A stretch of 64,000 bases of DNA from a virus (Duplodnaviria > Caudoviricetes). Below, piece after piece: positions 20,607 through 30,252 of this stretch. A program made the translations under genes and the position numbers. The stretch covers positions 32,001 to 96,000 of the IMG/VR virus record IMGVR_UViG_3300032007_000023; one strand, given 5' to 3'. The notes beneath the pieces are model-generated. The model was not told the origin of the DNA. It saw nothing but the letters and a program-made list of their open reading frames with translations, and ran no database searches. Each line of letters starts with the position of its first letter. Positions within the stretch are counted from its first letter, which is position 1.

Positions 20607-20618
20607 GAAAATAAATGT

Positions 20619-20644
20619 ATTTGGGGGCACAAGGCCCCCAAAAT
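20619..20644 (-). terminator. GC hairpin terminator
   Basis: TTGGGGGC-ACAAG-GCCCCCAA directly after the stop of the 20646 gene. Confidence 0.65.
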
Positions 20645-20645
20645 A

Positions 20646-21632
20646 TCATCTTTCTTTCAAAGGATAAGACACGAGTAATGTATCTGTTGCAGTGTGAGAC
20701 TCACGATCGATCTTCGCAATCGGAGTATTAGGTTTCGGATAATCAGGAATGATGTCACCGTCAGAAGAGTAAGTAACATACTCAACATCATCATCAGTAT
20801 CACCAACAACGACATATGTTGTGGGTTCCCGATTTTCAAACTTAAGGCTATCATTTACATCAGTAACAAGTGCGTCAACAATTGATGCAGCAGCATCAAC
20901 ATTAGCAGCAGTATACTCAACAGATGTTACAGGAATATCAGATTGTACAGAACCAGAGCTACTACCACCAGGAATATCAAAGATATTATCCATGATAGAT
21001 CTACCTACATCAAATGATGAAACACTACTTCCAGTAGAACCAGTACCAGTACCATTTCCAGAACTATTACCATTCTGAGCCTGTTTGATTTTGATGTCAG
21101 CAATGTTCTTCTTAATGTTAACCTTCTCACGTTCAATACCAGCAAGAGTACTACGTGCAGAATTTATAGCAGCCATTGCATTGATATCTTCTTCAGTCAA
21201 GCCAACCTTTCCTTTCTCAGTAAGAGATTCAACAAGTTTTCTTTCAAACATCTTAAGCATCTTAGCCTGGTCGGCTTCAATAGCTCTAAGGCCATTAACT
21301 TCAGAAGAAAAAATCTTATTTGGATCGATCTTAGCTTCATTACCAGGAACACGATATGATTCATCGATATACTGAAGAATGTTTGATGTACCACCCCAGT
21401 TGTTACAAGAATATGGAGAAATGAAACCATCCATATTATATAATACAGGTCTGGTTTTAAATCCATTAAATGCTTCTTCCCAACTCAGTGGTCTTGGATT
21501 CTCTTGAAATGTGGGTTGATATTGAGATGATATAGGACCGGAAAATGATTCCGAAGGAATAGACTGTTCATCATAAGGATTAGATCTAGATCCTAACATA
21601 CTGAACATTGAACTATAATCCATACTCAACAT
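20646..21632 (-). CDS. Hypothetical protein (coiled coil plus Ser/Gly linker; possibly late)
   Basis: 328-aa ORF with AAGGAG RBS (start may be 21623); AACC-N6-TA motif at 21655-21666 upstream. Confidence 0.75.
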   Translation of the reverse strand: MLSMDYSSMFSMLGSRSNPYDEQSIPSESFSGPISSQYQPTFQENPRPLSWEEAFNGFKTRPVLYNMDGFISPYSCNNWGGTSNILQYIDESYRVPGNEAKIDPNKIFSSEVNGLRAIEADQAKMLKMFERKLVESLTEKGKVGLTEEDINAMAAINSARSTLAGIEREKVNIKKNIADIKIKQAQNGNSSGNGTGTGSTGSSVSSFDVGRSIMDNIFDIPGGSSSGSVQSDIPVTSVEYTAANVDAAASIVDALVTDVNDSLKFENREPTTYVVVGDTDDDVEYVTYSSDGDIIPDYPKPNTPIAKIDRESHTATDTLLVSYPLKER

Positions 21633-21745
21633 ATCTCCTTTCTAATTATAATAGTACTAATCGGTTCTTGATTTTCCTTATTATTTATTATCATATAATA
21701 AACAGACTCCCGTCTGTTTAAAGACATATATTTCAAGATTAAAAA

Positions 21746-22282
21746 TTACCATATATCAGAATTCATCCATTTCTGTATACATTCTTCACATTTGATCATC
21801 TGTAACTTACTTGGATGAAATTGATGAATATATATATGACATAATCTATCATGCCACTCTTTATCTGTTTCATCACGATAACCAAATTCAGTTTCTGATA
21901 TACGATAGCTTACCCGTGCTCTTGGATGTGTTTCTTTGAAATCATCAGGCATATACTTTTCAGCAAACTGACGAATCCTTCTTGTAATGGTTTCATTATT
22001 ATTGATGCACTTATGATCTTCATTAGTAATCATTTCAAGAATACATCTACCATTGAGAGAAAGTGTTTGCTGGATATGTATAAGTAAATCATAATCATTG
22101 ATATTGTTGATACGATGTCCATTTGTAGTACCAACAATATGTTTTAACTTTTCAACATCAGTATGTCTTTTTCTTCTCAAGATATATGGTACTTCTTCTT
22201 TACTTTGATCAAGCATAAGTTGTGTCATAAATGCATCTCCTGAGATACTGTCTTTACCATCCTCGGTAACAAATTTTGCCAC
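21746..22282 (-). CDS. Hypothetical protein
   Basis: 178-aa ORF, GTG start behind AGGAG; C-terminal CEECIQKW. Confidence 0.7.
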   Translation of the reverse strand: MAKFVTEDGKDSISGDAFMTQLMLDQSKEEVPYILRRKRHTDVEKLKHIVGTTNGHRINNINDYDLLIHIQQTLSLNGRCILEMITNEDHKCINNNETITRRIRQFAEKYMPDDFKETHPRARVSYRISETEFGYRDETDKEWHDRLCHIYIHQFHPSKLQMIKCEECIQKWMNSDIW

Positions 22283-22318
22283 TGGAAATCATCTCCTAAC
22301 TAATCGACTAAATTAAAC

Positions 22319-23827
22319 TCATTCATTCCTTTTAGTCAGTGCATAAAGACCATTCAAGCATTCAATCTCGATAACATAAACAGAGTCACATTCAGCCTTA
22401 ATATTGTATATCTTTGAATACATGAGTTCTTCGGCACGTTTATTTGCTTCATCACTCCACAGACCGATACTCTTAACAGTATCACCATCATAGTCTGCTC
22501 CGAGTGCTTTAAGACGAGAGTTACTCATGTTTATAGTTTCAATAAATGAAGTAGCTACTCTGTTATGAGGTCTTTCGATATCTATGACTGGATAATATTC
22601 CATGGTCTCACCACGGAATTGAATTGCTGTTGTTTCCAGTGTAGAAAGGATATGTACTTTGGTGAAGAAGTTACCAAGGTAATCACCTATAGGATATCGA
22701 ACAGTATAAACCATTCTACCAGCATCCTCAATTGCCACCTTGCAGCATAGATAAATTACATCGGTTAATGTAACAGGTCTTGTTACGGTTTGATTCTTCT
22801 TGATATCAAGATACTCCATTTGCATTGGTATTGTATTCTCGGCATCAAGATACATAATACGGAAACGAGATCCAGGGTTTTCCATATAGATATTACAAAG
22901 ATCCTCGATCATCTTGTTATCGTAGATATTATTCAATACACCTGGTTTTACTTCTTCCTTATTAGGATGAATATCCTGAATATTTGAATAAGAGAAGAAC
23001 TGTTTCATTTGGAATAAAACCAAAGGTCTAAATAATGTTGCACATGTATGAAGAGGATAACCTGTTCTAAAGATACCAACCGCAGGATGTTCGTTATTAT
23101 AACGAGGAGCCGAGATAACATTTCTCGCAGTGAAGGTTGTTGTTTTAGCAAGAAGATTCTTTTGGAAGAATCCGTTCTTTGATCCAACATAGTCATGAAT
23201 ATAAGTATAGATATTCATCACAGCATCTTGGAACTTTGCGTATATTTGATATACGTTTGATGTTGTGTGAGCAGTAACACTCTTAAGACCGATGATATGG
23301 GTATAAAGAGAATTCAACTCATTTTTTGTTCTACGACCATTACGCATACCGATTGGTCTGAAGGCAGGTGGTAATACAAGAACCTTATCATTGAATATAA
23401 GTCTCTTTGGTGATTTTGTGAGGATGTCGATATTATCATTTGATCGAGTAGATAAAGTTTTTCTTATATCGATCTGATCCCAGATATTATACAAATCCTT
23501 GAGACCACAATATTGTCCCTCTTTATCTGCTACAAGAACACCATCCTTGAGATTACACTTTGTTTCACCATAAGCCATCTTACGGATGATACCACCAGAT
23601 CTGGCGATTATTGTTTTTGCTACTGATGGATTGAATACATGTACAGGAAGTCTTATGTAGCCACATCTATACTTTTGCTCTTCTGCTGTTTGTCCAAATA
23701 TCTCTTCTGAGAATAAACCTTCTGGATTAAACATGTTCTGAGTTCTGTATATATGCTGGGATTTAACTTCCATCAATTGATTGACCTGGATATATCTATC
23801 GATATCAAACAACTCTTGAATTTTCAT
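22319..23827 (-). CDS. rpoC: Phage multisubunit RNA polymerase beta' subunit, N-terminal catalytic half (probably virion RNAP, phiKZ gp180/AR9 gp057-like)
   Basis: EGLFSEEIFG, GYIRLP, VLPPAFRP, KNGFFQKNLLAK, RNVIS, RYP and the catalytic GADYDGD motif. Preceded by a late-type motif AACG-N6-TA (23857-23868). Confidence 0.9.
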   Translation of the reverse strand: MKIQELFDIDRYIQVNQLMEVKSQHIYRTQNMFNPEGLFSEEIFGQTAEEQKYRCGYIRLPVHVFNPSVAKTIIARSGGIIRKMAYGETKCNLKDGVLVADKEGQYCGLKDLYNIWDQIDIRKTLSTRSNDNIDILTKSPKRLIFNDKVLVLPPAFRPIGMRNGRRTKNELNSLYTHIIGLKSVTAHTTSNVYQIYAKFQDAVMNIYTYIHDYVGSKNGFFQKNLLAKTTTFTARNVISAPRYNNEHPAVGIFRTGYPLHTCATLFRPLVLFQMKQFFSYSNIQDIHPNKEEVKPGVLNNIYDNKMIEDLCNIYMENPGSRFRIMYLDAENTIPMQMEYLDIKKNQTVTRPVTLTDVIYLCCKVAIEDAGRMVYTVRYPIGDYLGNFFTKVHILSTLETTAIQFRGETMEYYPVIDIERPHNRVATSFIETINMSNSRLKALGADYDGDTVKSIGLWSDEANKRAEELMYSKIYNIKAECDSVYVIEIECLNGLYALTKRNE

Positions 23828-23903
23828 TATATCATTCCTTTCTGAATAATAAAGATTACCTGGTCGTTTGTAAATGCGAACAAATCAAAAATAATAAAAG
23901 AAG

Positions 23904-23925
23904 TGTGGGGGTATTAACCCCCACA
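23904..23925 (-). terminator. GC hairpin terminator
   Basis: TGTGGGGG-TATTAA-CCCCCACA with a T-rich tail on the minus strand. Confidence 0.6.
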
Positions 23926-24042
23926 AATAAATACAAACAGTTGGGTCGACGCACTAAAATCGACCCATTCGGAGGATACATTCCATGTCAGTAGAATGCA
24001 TAAAAAATATCACCGGCGAGTGATAAGGTTCATAGATGAACT
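23926..24042 (-). ncRNA. Candidate structured small RNA
   Basis: Intergenic run of four hairpins with no substantial ORF, bounded on the minus strand by AACA-N6-TA (24043-24054) and a terminator (23904-23925). Confidence 0.35.
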
Positions 24043-24062
24043 TACGAATTTGTTTTCAAAAG

Positions 24063-24080
24063 ACATATATTATTTTCGTG
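24063..24080 (+). promoter_or_regulatory. Early-type phage promoter upstream of gyrB
   Basis: ACATATATTATTTTCGTG. Confidence 0.65.
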
Positions 24081-24132
24081 CTACGGAAGATAACTATCAA
24101 AATAGCAAATAAAACGAAGGAGGAAACTTTTC

Positions 24133-25854
24133 ATGCCAAAGATTAAAGATGATAAATATAATATCATCAAGAATGATGTTGAGAAGATCCAGGCCCGCCC
24201 AACAATGTACATTGCCAATCTTGGAGACTTAGGTGTATTCCATCTTTGTAAAGAATTAGTTGATAATTGCAAAGATGAATGTAGTAATGTTGAATCACCA
24301 GGTGACAAGATTGAAATCACGATGACTGATAAACAGATAACAGTTCGTGATAACGGTAGAGGTATTCCAACAAATATAATCCGAGAGGTATATGAAACAA
24401 TTCAGGCCGGTACAAAAATGACAAGAGCTCATGGTGAAAGTACTGGTGAAAATGGTGTAGGTGGATCAACCTGTGTTCTTGCATTATCATCATATCTCGA
24501 AGTGGTGACAATACGTCCAACCGAAAAATGTAAGATGACTCTTATCTATAAGAACGGCGTTCTATTCGATGAGAAGAAGGAAACTTACACAGGAAATGAA
24601 CATGGTCTCATTGTAACATTCAAGCCTTCAAGAAAGTTACTTGGTGTTGATACAATCCCCACTGAACTCATGAGAACATGGCTTGCTGATGCAGATTATA
24701 CATTACCTAGATCAACTAACATGGTTTATACAATCAATGGTGAGACAACAACAGTTCGTCATAAAGAACTCTTCCAGTTCTTTGAACAGTTCATTCCATT
24801 GGATGCAAGATTATGTAATGATCTCGTGTTCGAATGTTCTGGTCAGCTGAAAGAAGAGTTTGATGAAGAAGTATTCGATAGACATTTCGAAGTATCTGTT
24901 GCAATCACATATTCTGATCCGGATAAATATAAAGGCGATGATGTCCGTCATTCTTGGATGAATATGATTCATACTCCTCAGAATGGTGCTCATGTTGATG
25001 GAATCATCAGAGGTTTCAGTAAAGCGATAACAGAACGAGTTATTCGCAAACAGAAGAAACTTGAGGGTGTTGATATCAAGAGAGATATTCTTGCACACAT
25101 GAATATCGTTGTAAAAGCAGGAACAAACTGTGCACATATGTTTACATCACAAAGCAAACATTCTGTTGACAACAGGGTACTTGGTAAAGCAATTGAAGAA
25201 GCTGCTTATAACGTATTATCAAAGTCCAATGATTCGGTACTGAATGAAATGGCTGAAGTTGTTATCGGTAACCATCGAGCTCGTATCGAAGGTGAAAAGA
25301 TGAGAAACGTTGCATCATCTACAAAGGCTTTGAAGACATGGCAGAAACCTGATTCATATTATCCTTGTGCAACAATCAAAACACCTGAACCAAAAGAGTT
25401 GTTCCTTGTTGAAGGTACCTCTGCTGGTGGTGGTCTTAAAGGTGCGAGAAATGCAAAGTACCAGGCTATCTTGACATTCAGAGGTAAGTCACTTAATGTA
25501 TGGGATCTGTCACTTGATAGAGCTTTACAATCAACACCATGGTTGAATCTCGTAAAGGTTCTTGGATGTGGTATTGGACCAACATTCGATATCAAGAAAC
25601 TCAATTTTGATAAAATCATTATAGCAACTGATGCTGATATTGATGGATATCATATTCGTGTTGGTATATGTGCATTCTTTGTTAAGTTCTTACCCGATAT
25701 TATTAAGGCTGGTAAATTGTATATTGCAGAACCTCCGCTTTATAAACTTGCAAAGGATAAAGACATTTATTATGTTGCATCACAGACAGAATATCTCCAG
25801 ACATGTGTTAATTCTATCGGTGGTATGACACTTGAATTTCCTACAGCAAAATGA
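24133..25854 (+). CDS. gyrB: DNA gyrase/type IIA topoisomerase B subunit, N-terminal part (GHKL ATPase plus TOPRIM)
   Basis: RPTMYI, ELVDN, DNGRGIP, GENGVG, LFLVEGTSAGG, FRGKSLNV, IIIATDADIDGYHI, LYIAEPPLY. Confidence 0.95.
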   Translation: MPKIKDDKYNIIKNDVEKIQARPTMYIANLGDLGVFHLCKELVDNCKDECSNVESPGDKIEITMTDKQITVRDNGRGIPTNIIREVYETIQAGTKMTRAHGESTGENGVGGSTCVLALSSYLEVVTIRPTEKCKMTLIYKNGVLFDEKKETYTGNEHGLIVTFKPSRKLLGVDTIPTELMRTWLADADYTLPRSTNMVYTINGETTTVRHKELFQFFEQFIPLDARLCNDLVFECSGQLKEEFDEEVFDRHFEVSVAITYSDPDKYKGDDVRHSWMNMIHTPQNGAHVDGIIRGFSKAITERVIRKQKKLEGVDIKRDILAHMNIVVKAGTNCAHMFTSQSKHSVDNRVLGKAIEEAAYNVLSKSNDSVLNEMAEVVIGNHRARIEGEKMRNVASSTKALKTWQKPDSYYPCATIKTPEPKELFLVEGTSAGGGLKGARNAKYQAILTFRGKSLNVWDLSLDRALQSTPWLNLVKVLGCGIGPTFDIKKLNFDKIIIATDADIDGYHIRVGICAFFVKFLPDIIKAGKLYIAEPPLYKLAKDKDIYYVASQTEYLQTCVNSIGGMTLEFPTAK

Positions 25855-25858
25855 TATA

Positions 25859-25878
25859 TGGGGAGCATATGCTCCCCA
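25859..25878. repeat. Perfect 20-bp palindrome between the two gyrB halves
   Basis: TGGGGAGCATATGCTCCCCA. Confidence 0.85.
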
Positions 25879-25943
25879 ACATATTTATATCGTTTAAATT
25901 TGATACTACTCATTACTATTAATATTGAACGGAGGAATATGAC

Positions 25944-26585
25944 ATGGGTAAAAAAGAAGATGCTAAGGACTTCGTGACAAAAGCATTTGACTATCGTAAC
26001 ATCTTAACCGAGGTAAGTATAAACCGTTCTACCAACGTTTATCTCCTCGAGTACATTGCTTATGGCTTTGCAAAGTACGGCGATACTGTGGAAAGCTTTG
26101 AAGACAATGCTGATGATTGGGTAAGAATGCTTTGTAAAACTTATCCGGAGTTAACCTATAGCAGAAAGTCACATCAGATCAAAGCTGTTATTGATCTCAT
26201 TGATCAACTCGTAGTTGTTGATAATGATTTGATAGAACAGCTTAGATACATTATCGATATTCAGAAGGAATATGGCTTGCTTGTCAAATATGTTGATAAG
26301 AACAAACAGCCTGTACAGACAACTATTCTGAGATACTTCGAATATATTGAAAGATTATATCCTTCTATAAAGGCTCGTTATAAAGGTCTTGGTTCTTCAG
26401 CGGCATCTGTATCAAGAGAAGTTCTTATGGACCCAAAGACAAGAAGACTTCTCCGTGTTACAATGGATGATGCAGAAATAATGAAGACAATGGGTATGCT
26501 TGTTGGTGATGGTAAGGAAAACAAGAATGCTCGTAAAGAAATGCTCATGGGATTCAAGTTTGACATGAGCATGATTGATAACTAA
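25944..26585 (+). CDS. gyrB: GyrB C-terminal part (insertion domain plus tail), encoded as a separate gene
   Basis: RYKGLG, LMDPKTRRLLRVT, LVG...ARKE...IDN; own GGAGG RBS; different frame from the upstream half. Confidence 0.88.
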   Translation: MGKKEDAKDFVTKAFDYRNILTEVSINRSTNVYLLEYIAYGFAKYGDTVESFEDNADDWVRMLCKTYPELTYSRKSHQIKAVIDLIDQLVVVDNDLIEQLRYIIDIQKEYGLLVKYVDKNKQPVQTTILRYFEYIERLYPSIKARYKGLGSSAASVSREVLMDPKTRRLLRVTMDDAEIMKTMGMLVGDGKENKNARKEMLMGFKFDMSMIDN

Positions 26586-26603
26586 TGTTGGGAGGGATAT
26601 ATC

Positions 26604-28646
26604 ATGATAAACTATAATATCGATACAACCGTGAACGAATCACAATTCCCTGATCTTGCACAGTTAGAAGAAATCACCACCAAGGACCAGATTTTCGAAT
26701 TCCTTGGTGATACGGTTCTCATTAAGAGATATCTTCATGACTATGATTATCTGTATAATCGCGTTGTTGATGTTGCTGCATTGTGTTGGAACAACAGAGA
26801 TGAGAATGGTGAAAAGCTTCAGCACACATTTATCAAGTTCAAGAAAGATATTGATGATAAGATCACATACGAACTTCCTCTCAACAGATTCATGATAAGT
26901 CTTGTGTTCTTAAGAACCGTTGTTGAATACATTGACTATATCGATATCAATGATTATGTCCTTCAAGATTTCCTCTCTAAAAAGGGAAGAGTTAAGATTC
27001 AGGATAAGATCGTTGAAACTCTGACTTCGTATGGTAAAACAATCAGAGAAATTCAGGTTATCATGGCAAGAATGTCTCTCGATCTTAAGGAGCTTCTCTT
27101 AGTATTCTCTGCATCAGATATGCAGATCTTTACTGCTGAGAACTTATTCCTTGATCATTATCGTGATTCTGAAATCATTCGTGATATCAACAATACTGAA
27201 TATCCACCTGATATGCAGACATCCGATATCGTTGAAGCAAACGCCGAGAAGTATAAGATACTCGAAGCTGAGATGCTTAAACGTGGTAATCCATTCTTTG
27301 TTGACAATAAATATACGCCTATCATCAAAGCAAAGCAGATGGAAGAATTGTACATCAACTTCTCTCAGATTCCTGATGGTAAGAATATCGTTCCTGTAAT
27401 CATGAATGGTAATGGATTCCGTGCAGGTTATCACGATATGCCTGTAATGTATGCAGGTGCTATTGCTGCACGTGTTCCTGATATCATGAATGAAGAGTAC
27501 ATGGGATCTGCAGGTTACTTTGCAAGAAACCTTTGGATTCTCACATATGGTACTTTGTCAAAGACTGTATGGGATTGTGGTTCTGTTAATCCGATTGAGA
27601 TCGAGATTGATGAAACAATGCTTGATATGATGGATGGACGTTATTATCAGAATCAGAAGAACGTTGGTTCATATAAGATATTCTCTAAGAATGATAAACA
27701 TCTTCTCGGTAAGAAGTTATGGTTTAGATCTCCTTGTACATGTAATCTTGGTGAGGATTGTTGTCATGTTTGCTATGGTACAAAGGCTCTCAAGGTTGGT
27801 GAACTTGAAGGAGGATTTATCTATACAACTGAACTTCTCACAAAGGATGTTGGACAAAAGATTCTGTCTGCAAAGCATCTTCTTAAGACAAATGCAGAGA
27901 AGGTTGAATTCTCTGATGGATATGAGAAATGGTTCGTTATGGAGAACTCAACACTCATTCCTACTGATGAGAAGAAGTTTGATATTTACCTCAAAGAAGA
28001 TTACCTCGATAATATATCCGAATCTCTTACTGTATATATCGGAAAGGATCTTATTCCTGTAACGATATCAAAGTATGCATCAATACATATTCCCGATTCT
28101 GTTACAGATGCATTCAAAGAGGTTCTTATTGATGATCAAACATATTACAAGGTATCATCTCATAAGGCTCTTGAGGCAGGAATGTTCTGTGACATTATTC
28201 CTGTAAATATTATGATGACTGCTAAGTACATGAATATCATGAAGCTTCTTGAGAATGAGATATCCAAGTTCACAAGAATCGAGGATGCCGTATCAGAGCT
28301 CACACATCTTATTCATGGAATCATCCCGATCCTCTCTGTACATGGTGAGATCATCATTGGTCACCTTGTTCGTTCTGTGGAAAATCGTTTACTTCGTCCT
28401 GATTGGACAAAACCTGATCCGGAATATCAGCTCATGCGTCTTAAGACTGCATTGGCAAATCATGAGTCTGTTACAGTTGCTCTCGCATTTGAGCAGACAC
28501 GTCATCATATCCTTCATCAGATCTTTGATGAGAGAAACGAGATCAATCGTGTTGGTCCTCGTTCATTTGAAGACTATATATTCGGACTTCGTGAAGGTGA
28601 TCAGAAGAGAATAATAAATAACATTGTTCAGAAAGAAGGATGTTAA
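26604..28646 (+). CDS. rpoC: Phage multisubunit RNA polymerase beta' subunit, C-terminal half (probably non-virion RNAP, phiKZ gp74/AR9 gp154-like)
   Basis: Bridge helix AARV...SAGYFARNL, DCGS, GRYY, Zn site RSPCTC...CCHVCYG, trigger loop GQKILSAKH; 680 aa. Confidence 0.88.
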   Translation: MINYNIDTTVNESQFPDLAQLEEITTKDQIFEFLGDTVLIKRYLHDYDYLYNRVVDVAALCWNNRDENGEKLQHTFIKFKKDIDDKITYELPLNRFMISLVFLRTVVEYIDYIDINDYVLQDFLSKKGRVKIQDKIVETLTSYGKTIREIQVIMARMSLDLKELLLVFSASDMQIFTAENLFLDHYRDSEIIRDINNTEYPPDMQTSDIVEANAEKYKILEAEMLKRGNPFFVDNKYTPIIKAKQMEELYINFSQIPDGKNIVPVIMNGNGFRAGYHDMPVMYAGAIAARVPDIMNEEYMGSAGYFARNLWILTYGTLSKTVWDCGSVNPIEIEIDETMLDMMDGRYYQNQKNVGSYKIFSKNDKHLLGKKLWFRSPCTCNLGEDCCHVCYGTKALKVGELEGGFIYTTELLTKDVGQKILSAKHLLKTNAEKVEFSDGYEKWFVMENSTLIPTDEKKFDIYLKEDYLDNISESLTVYIGKDLIPVTISKYASIHIPDSVTDAFKEVLIDDQTYYKVSSHKALEAGMFCDIIPVNIMMTAKYMNIMKLLENEISKFTRIEDAVSELTHLIHGIIPILSVHGEIIIGHLVRSVENRLLRPDWTKPDPEYQLMRLKTALANHESVTVALAFEQTRHHILHQIFDERNEINRVGPRSFEDYIFGLREGDQKRIINNIVQKEGC

Positions 28647-28649
28647 ACA

Positions 28650-29693
28650 ATGAAAGAATATAGCATTGGACCAATAGCAGGTAAAGCTCTTAAATTGAGA
28701 TATGCTGCTATTAGTACTTTCCTCGGTGGAGATACATTCGATCCTATAAACGGATTTGATATATTCATCGATCTTAATGTGCTGGTGTCGAGTTTATCGA
28801 CATCAGCCAAATTCTTAAACTCATTACCATTCTCCGATGGTGATGCGGTTGAAAGAGATCTGATATCAAATGTATTGTCTGTTGTGAAACATTGGAAAGG
28901 TTTCACAAGTAAATATAATGATACCAGAATCTTCCTTATGGTAAATGATTTTGAGATGGCTGGTTTACCTGAACAAAACATCATCAAATCATATATGATG
29001 CCGTATATAAATAAATTCGAGCAGGAAAGATTTGCACAGTTCAATTACTTCTGGACTGAAGCAATGAAACGTGTAGAAATAATTCTTAAGTATGTACCTA
29101 AGTCATATCTCATCAGATGTAATCGTGTTGATAATTATATCATTCCTAACATCGTAGATGATTATTCAAAGAATGGTCGTTTTAGATTAATTATATCTGG
29201 TGCACCTATAATGACAACATACATGCTCGAACCAAACACAAAGGTTATCCTTTCAAAGTTCAATCATCAATTATCTGACCCAACAATGATTTGTCAGTCG
29301 GTATCATCAATCAGTGATGAGATAATGAATACATTTGTTCAGAACAAAGTATTCTATTCATTATTGAACTCTGTTATCGGTGACTTCGATAGAGGCATCA
29401 TAGGTATCACACAGCTTGGTATATCATCATTTGCGAATGATTTGTTAAGAGCAGTTGAACGTGGTGAGATTCCATCAGATCCTAAGTCAATAGAAAGTGT
29501 CCTTCCTATAATAAATACAGGATATCATGATTATATTAAGAAGGCATATCAGCTTATAGACATATCTTCTCACACACAACTCATACCTCCATCTATAATT
29601 GAAAAGATTAAGAGTAACATGATTGATCTTTACGATATTGATGGTCTTCAGAGTTTATCTGTAGATGGTATGAATCTGATAGAATTGTTATGA
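28650..29693 (+). CDS. 5'-3' exonuclease/flap endonuclease-like (PIN plus H3TH) protein
   Basis: N-terminal IFIDLN.L and an H3TH-like SVIGDFDRGIIGITQLG motif. Confidence 0.5.
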   Translation: MKEYSIGPIAGKALKLRYAAISTFLGGDTFDPINGFDIFIDLNVLVSSLSTSAKFLNSLPFSDGDAVERDLISNVLSVVKHWKGFTSKYNDTRIFLMVNDFEMAGLPEQNIIKSYMMPYINKFEQERFAQFNYFWTEAMKRVEIILKYVPKSYLIRCNRVDNYIIPNIVDDYSKNGRFRLIISGAPIMTTYMLEPNTKVILSKFNHQLSDPTMICQSVSSISDEIMNTFVQNKVFYSLLNSVIGDFDRGIIGITQLGISSFANDLLRAVERGEIPSDPKSIESVLPIINTGYHDYIKKAYQLIDISSHTQLIPPSIIEKIKSNMIDLYDIDGLQSLSVDGMNLIELL

Positions 29694-29702
29694 GGTGATT
29701 AA

Positions 29703-30167
29703 ATGGATAATGTTAAAAATGATGAATACTATTTGAAGAAAGACCGAGAAAATAAGTATCGTGAACACTTCAAGCATATGTGTGAATCTGGGTATGATCC
29801 GTTGTTATGTTTAAACAGAAAAACACAGGTCATATCATACTCCGGAAATCATGGAGGAATGGATGCACAATCTGCAAAGATGCATATTGACACAATAGAT
29901 ATGACTCAGTTCATAGATAGGATAATAACAGAAGAAAGATATGCGGATCTTCTTGAACAGGCTAAAACGCCTTCGTCGAAGCTGGATGACATAATATCAA
30001 TTCCATTAAATCTTGTATGTGTTTCTGGTCCGACAACTCCATATATTGGTGGATCGGCAGCAATATTCTGGTTGTACCCTTCTGGATGCAGAAACCTTGG
30101 TGATCTTTATAAGAAATATGAAAAGAAAATCAAGGATGAATTGAGATCAATGATCATCACATATTAA
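29703..30167 (+). CDS. Hypothetical protein
   Basis: 154-aa ORF with GAGGTG RBS. Confidence 0.75.
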   Translation: MDNVKNDEYYLKKDRENKYREHFKHMCESGYDPLLCLNRKTQVISYSGNHGGMDAQSAKMHIDTIDMTQFIDRIITEERYADLLEQAKTPSSKLDDIISIPLNLVCVSGPTTPYIGGSAAIFWLYPSGCRNLGDLYKKYEKKIKDELRSMIITY

Positions 30168-30170
30168 AAT

Positions 30171-30198
30171 ACCGGGGCGTAATGCCCCGGTTTATTAT
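30171..30198 (+). terminator. Intrinsic terminator
   Basis: ACCGGGGC-GTAAT-GCCCCGGT followed by TTATT. Confidence 0.7.
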
Positions 30199-30211
30199 TC
30201 TTATTTTTTAT

Positions 30212-30229
30212 ATACATATTATTTATATG
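30212..30229 (+). promoter_or_regulatory. Early-type phage promoter
   Basis: ATACATATTATTTATATG. Confidence 0.65.
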
Positions 30230-30252
30230 AAGAAAAATTAAGGAGGCTATTT

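Noticed and set aside
20505-20630. ORF-track N-terminal extensions (also 4912, 33036, 38142, 49111, 55964, 63017)
   Set aside because: Downstream ATGs have clear Shine-Dalgarno sequences, while the extensions overlap terminators, promoters, RBSs or upstream genes.
24008-24025. TATCACCGGCGAGTGATA resembles a lambda operator
   Set aside because: Single copy, different spacing and no CI-like repressor; better explained as one stem of the hairpin cluster.
8060-28646. Group I introns or inteins in RNAP, terminase or gyrase genes
   Set aside because: The frames are continuous with expected sizes and no intein motifs; the 89-nt gyrB gap is too short for a self-splicing intron.
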